This document shows, in pieces, positions 63,530 to 64,000 of a DNA stretch of 64,000 bases. The DNA comes from a virus: IMG/VR virus record IMGVR_UViG_3300008516_000159; one strand, 5' to 3'. Below the pieces are notes generated by a model, which saw only the letters and a list, made by a program, of their open reading frames with translations, was not told where the DNA came from and did not search any database. Position 1 is the stretch's first letter. Each line of letters starts with the position of its first letter. A program made the position numbers and the translations under genes.

Positions 63530-63868
63530 TATTTCCTCTCTTCTGGATCACCGCAAAATATACAGCAATCACTAGATTCGTGATCGGGATTATAACATTT
63601 GAGAATAATTTTCTCCTTGTTTACAGAGACTACATATTTATTCCCAGACTTATCTGTTTTAGAGAAATAATGGCATATGTGATCTGGACTCTTCGGGCAA
63701 TACCAACAAAGAAATTGACCTCCTGTTTTACCGTAACCACCACGGTAACCACAATGTTTACATTCGGCCCCACCATAAACCTTGCTCTTCATTTCGTGCC
63801 AACATTCACCGCGCAGGATTTTCTTAGCTTTTTCTGTCTTTGGCATGCTCTCTGTTTTATATTTCATT

Positions 63869-63941
63869 TGGAGCTGAGGGGATTCGAACCCCTTACCTAC
63901 TGAATGCCATTCAGCCGCTCTCCCAATTGAGCTACAGCCCC
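63869..63941 (-). tRNA. tRNA-Ala(GGC)
   Basis: G3:U70; GCTGA-ATGGCAT-TCAGT anticodon arm with A32/U38. Confidence 0.93.
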
Positions 63942-64000
63942 TCTATTGACTTAGCAAACGCTTTGCTCTGTGTTTCCTAAATCTTCTCATCTCTCTTTTT

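Noticed and set aside
63009-63903. Plus-strand ORFs 63009-63575 and 63499-63903
   Set aside because: They are antisense to tRNA-Leu, tRNA-Ala and better minus-strand genes. The same applies to most antisense ORFs in the track (e.g. 916-1386, 13283-13726, 22852-23376, 28277-28876, 43511-44203).
1-64000. Genome-wide TAG-to-Gln recoding (code 15), suggested by the CUA tRNA
   Set aside because: Genes of 400-700 codons (both dnaE parts, kinase, helicase, pyrD-K) are open in code 11. TAG ends dut right after the terminal GFGHTG motif and gives plausible ends for the SLT and RNA ligase. No recognisable gene is broken by TAG. Recoding confined to late genes elsewhere in the genome cannot be excluded.

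Overview
A 64-kb segment of a large lytic dsDNA phage, probably a jumbo or huge myophage, with densely packed genes mostly on the minus strand and no structural or integration genes evident. T4-like replication and transcription genes are present (gp32-like SSB, gp41/DnaB helicase, TOPRIM primase, gp55-like sigma factor), but the polymerase is a C-family DnaE split into two intein-free genes about 4.9 kb apart. Other recognisable genes encode a tubulin/PhuZ-like protein, a PAS hybrid histidine kinase, a PyrD-PyrK fusion, dUTPase, dCMP deaminase, family-4 UDG, an SLT lytic transglycosylase, Hsp20, a cold-shock protein, an RNA ligase, a Pol-beta-type nucleotidyltransferase, a radical SAM enzyme and two apparently dead enzymes (PurH-like and adenine-MTase-like). 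RNA genes are a tmRNA and seven tRNAs, one of which is an amber (CUA) suppressor. The most striking observations are: (1) a leader at 57993-58106 built like an amber-readthrough-sensing translational switch, about 1 kb upstream of the suppressor tRNA, while the window otherwise reads in standard code 11; (2) an AUU-initiated 32-aa bS22/mS38-like ribosomal protein missed by the ORF track; (3) the split DnaE, whose two halves carry complementary active-site motifs; (4) a recurrent CATATATA promoter-like motif; and (5) dozens of small proteins sharing short terminal helical motifs, many in tandem paralog arrays. All assignments come from motif recognition by eye; no database searches were run.
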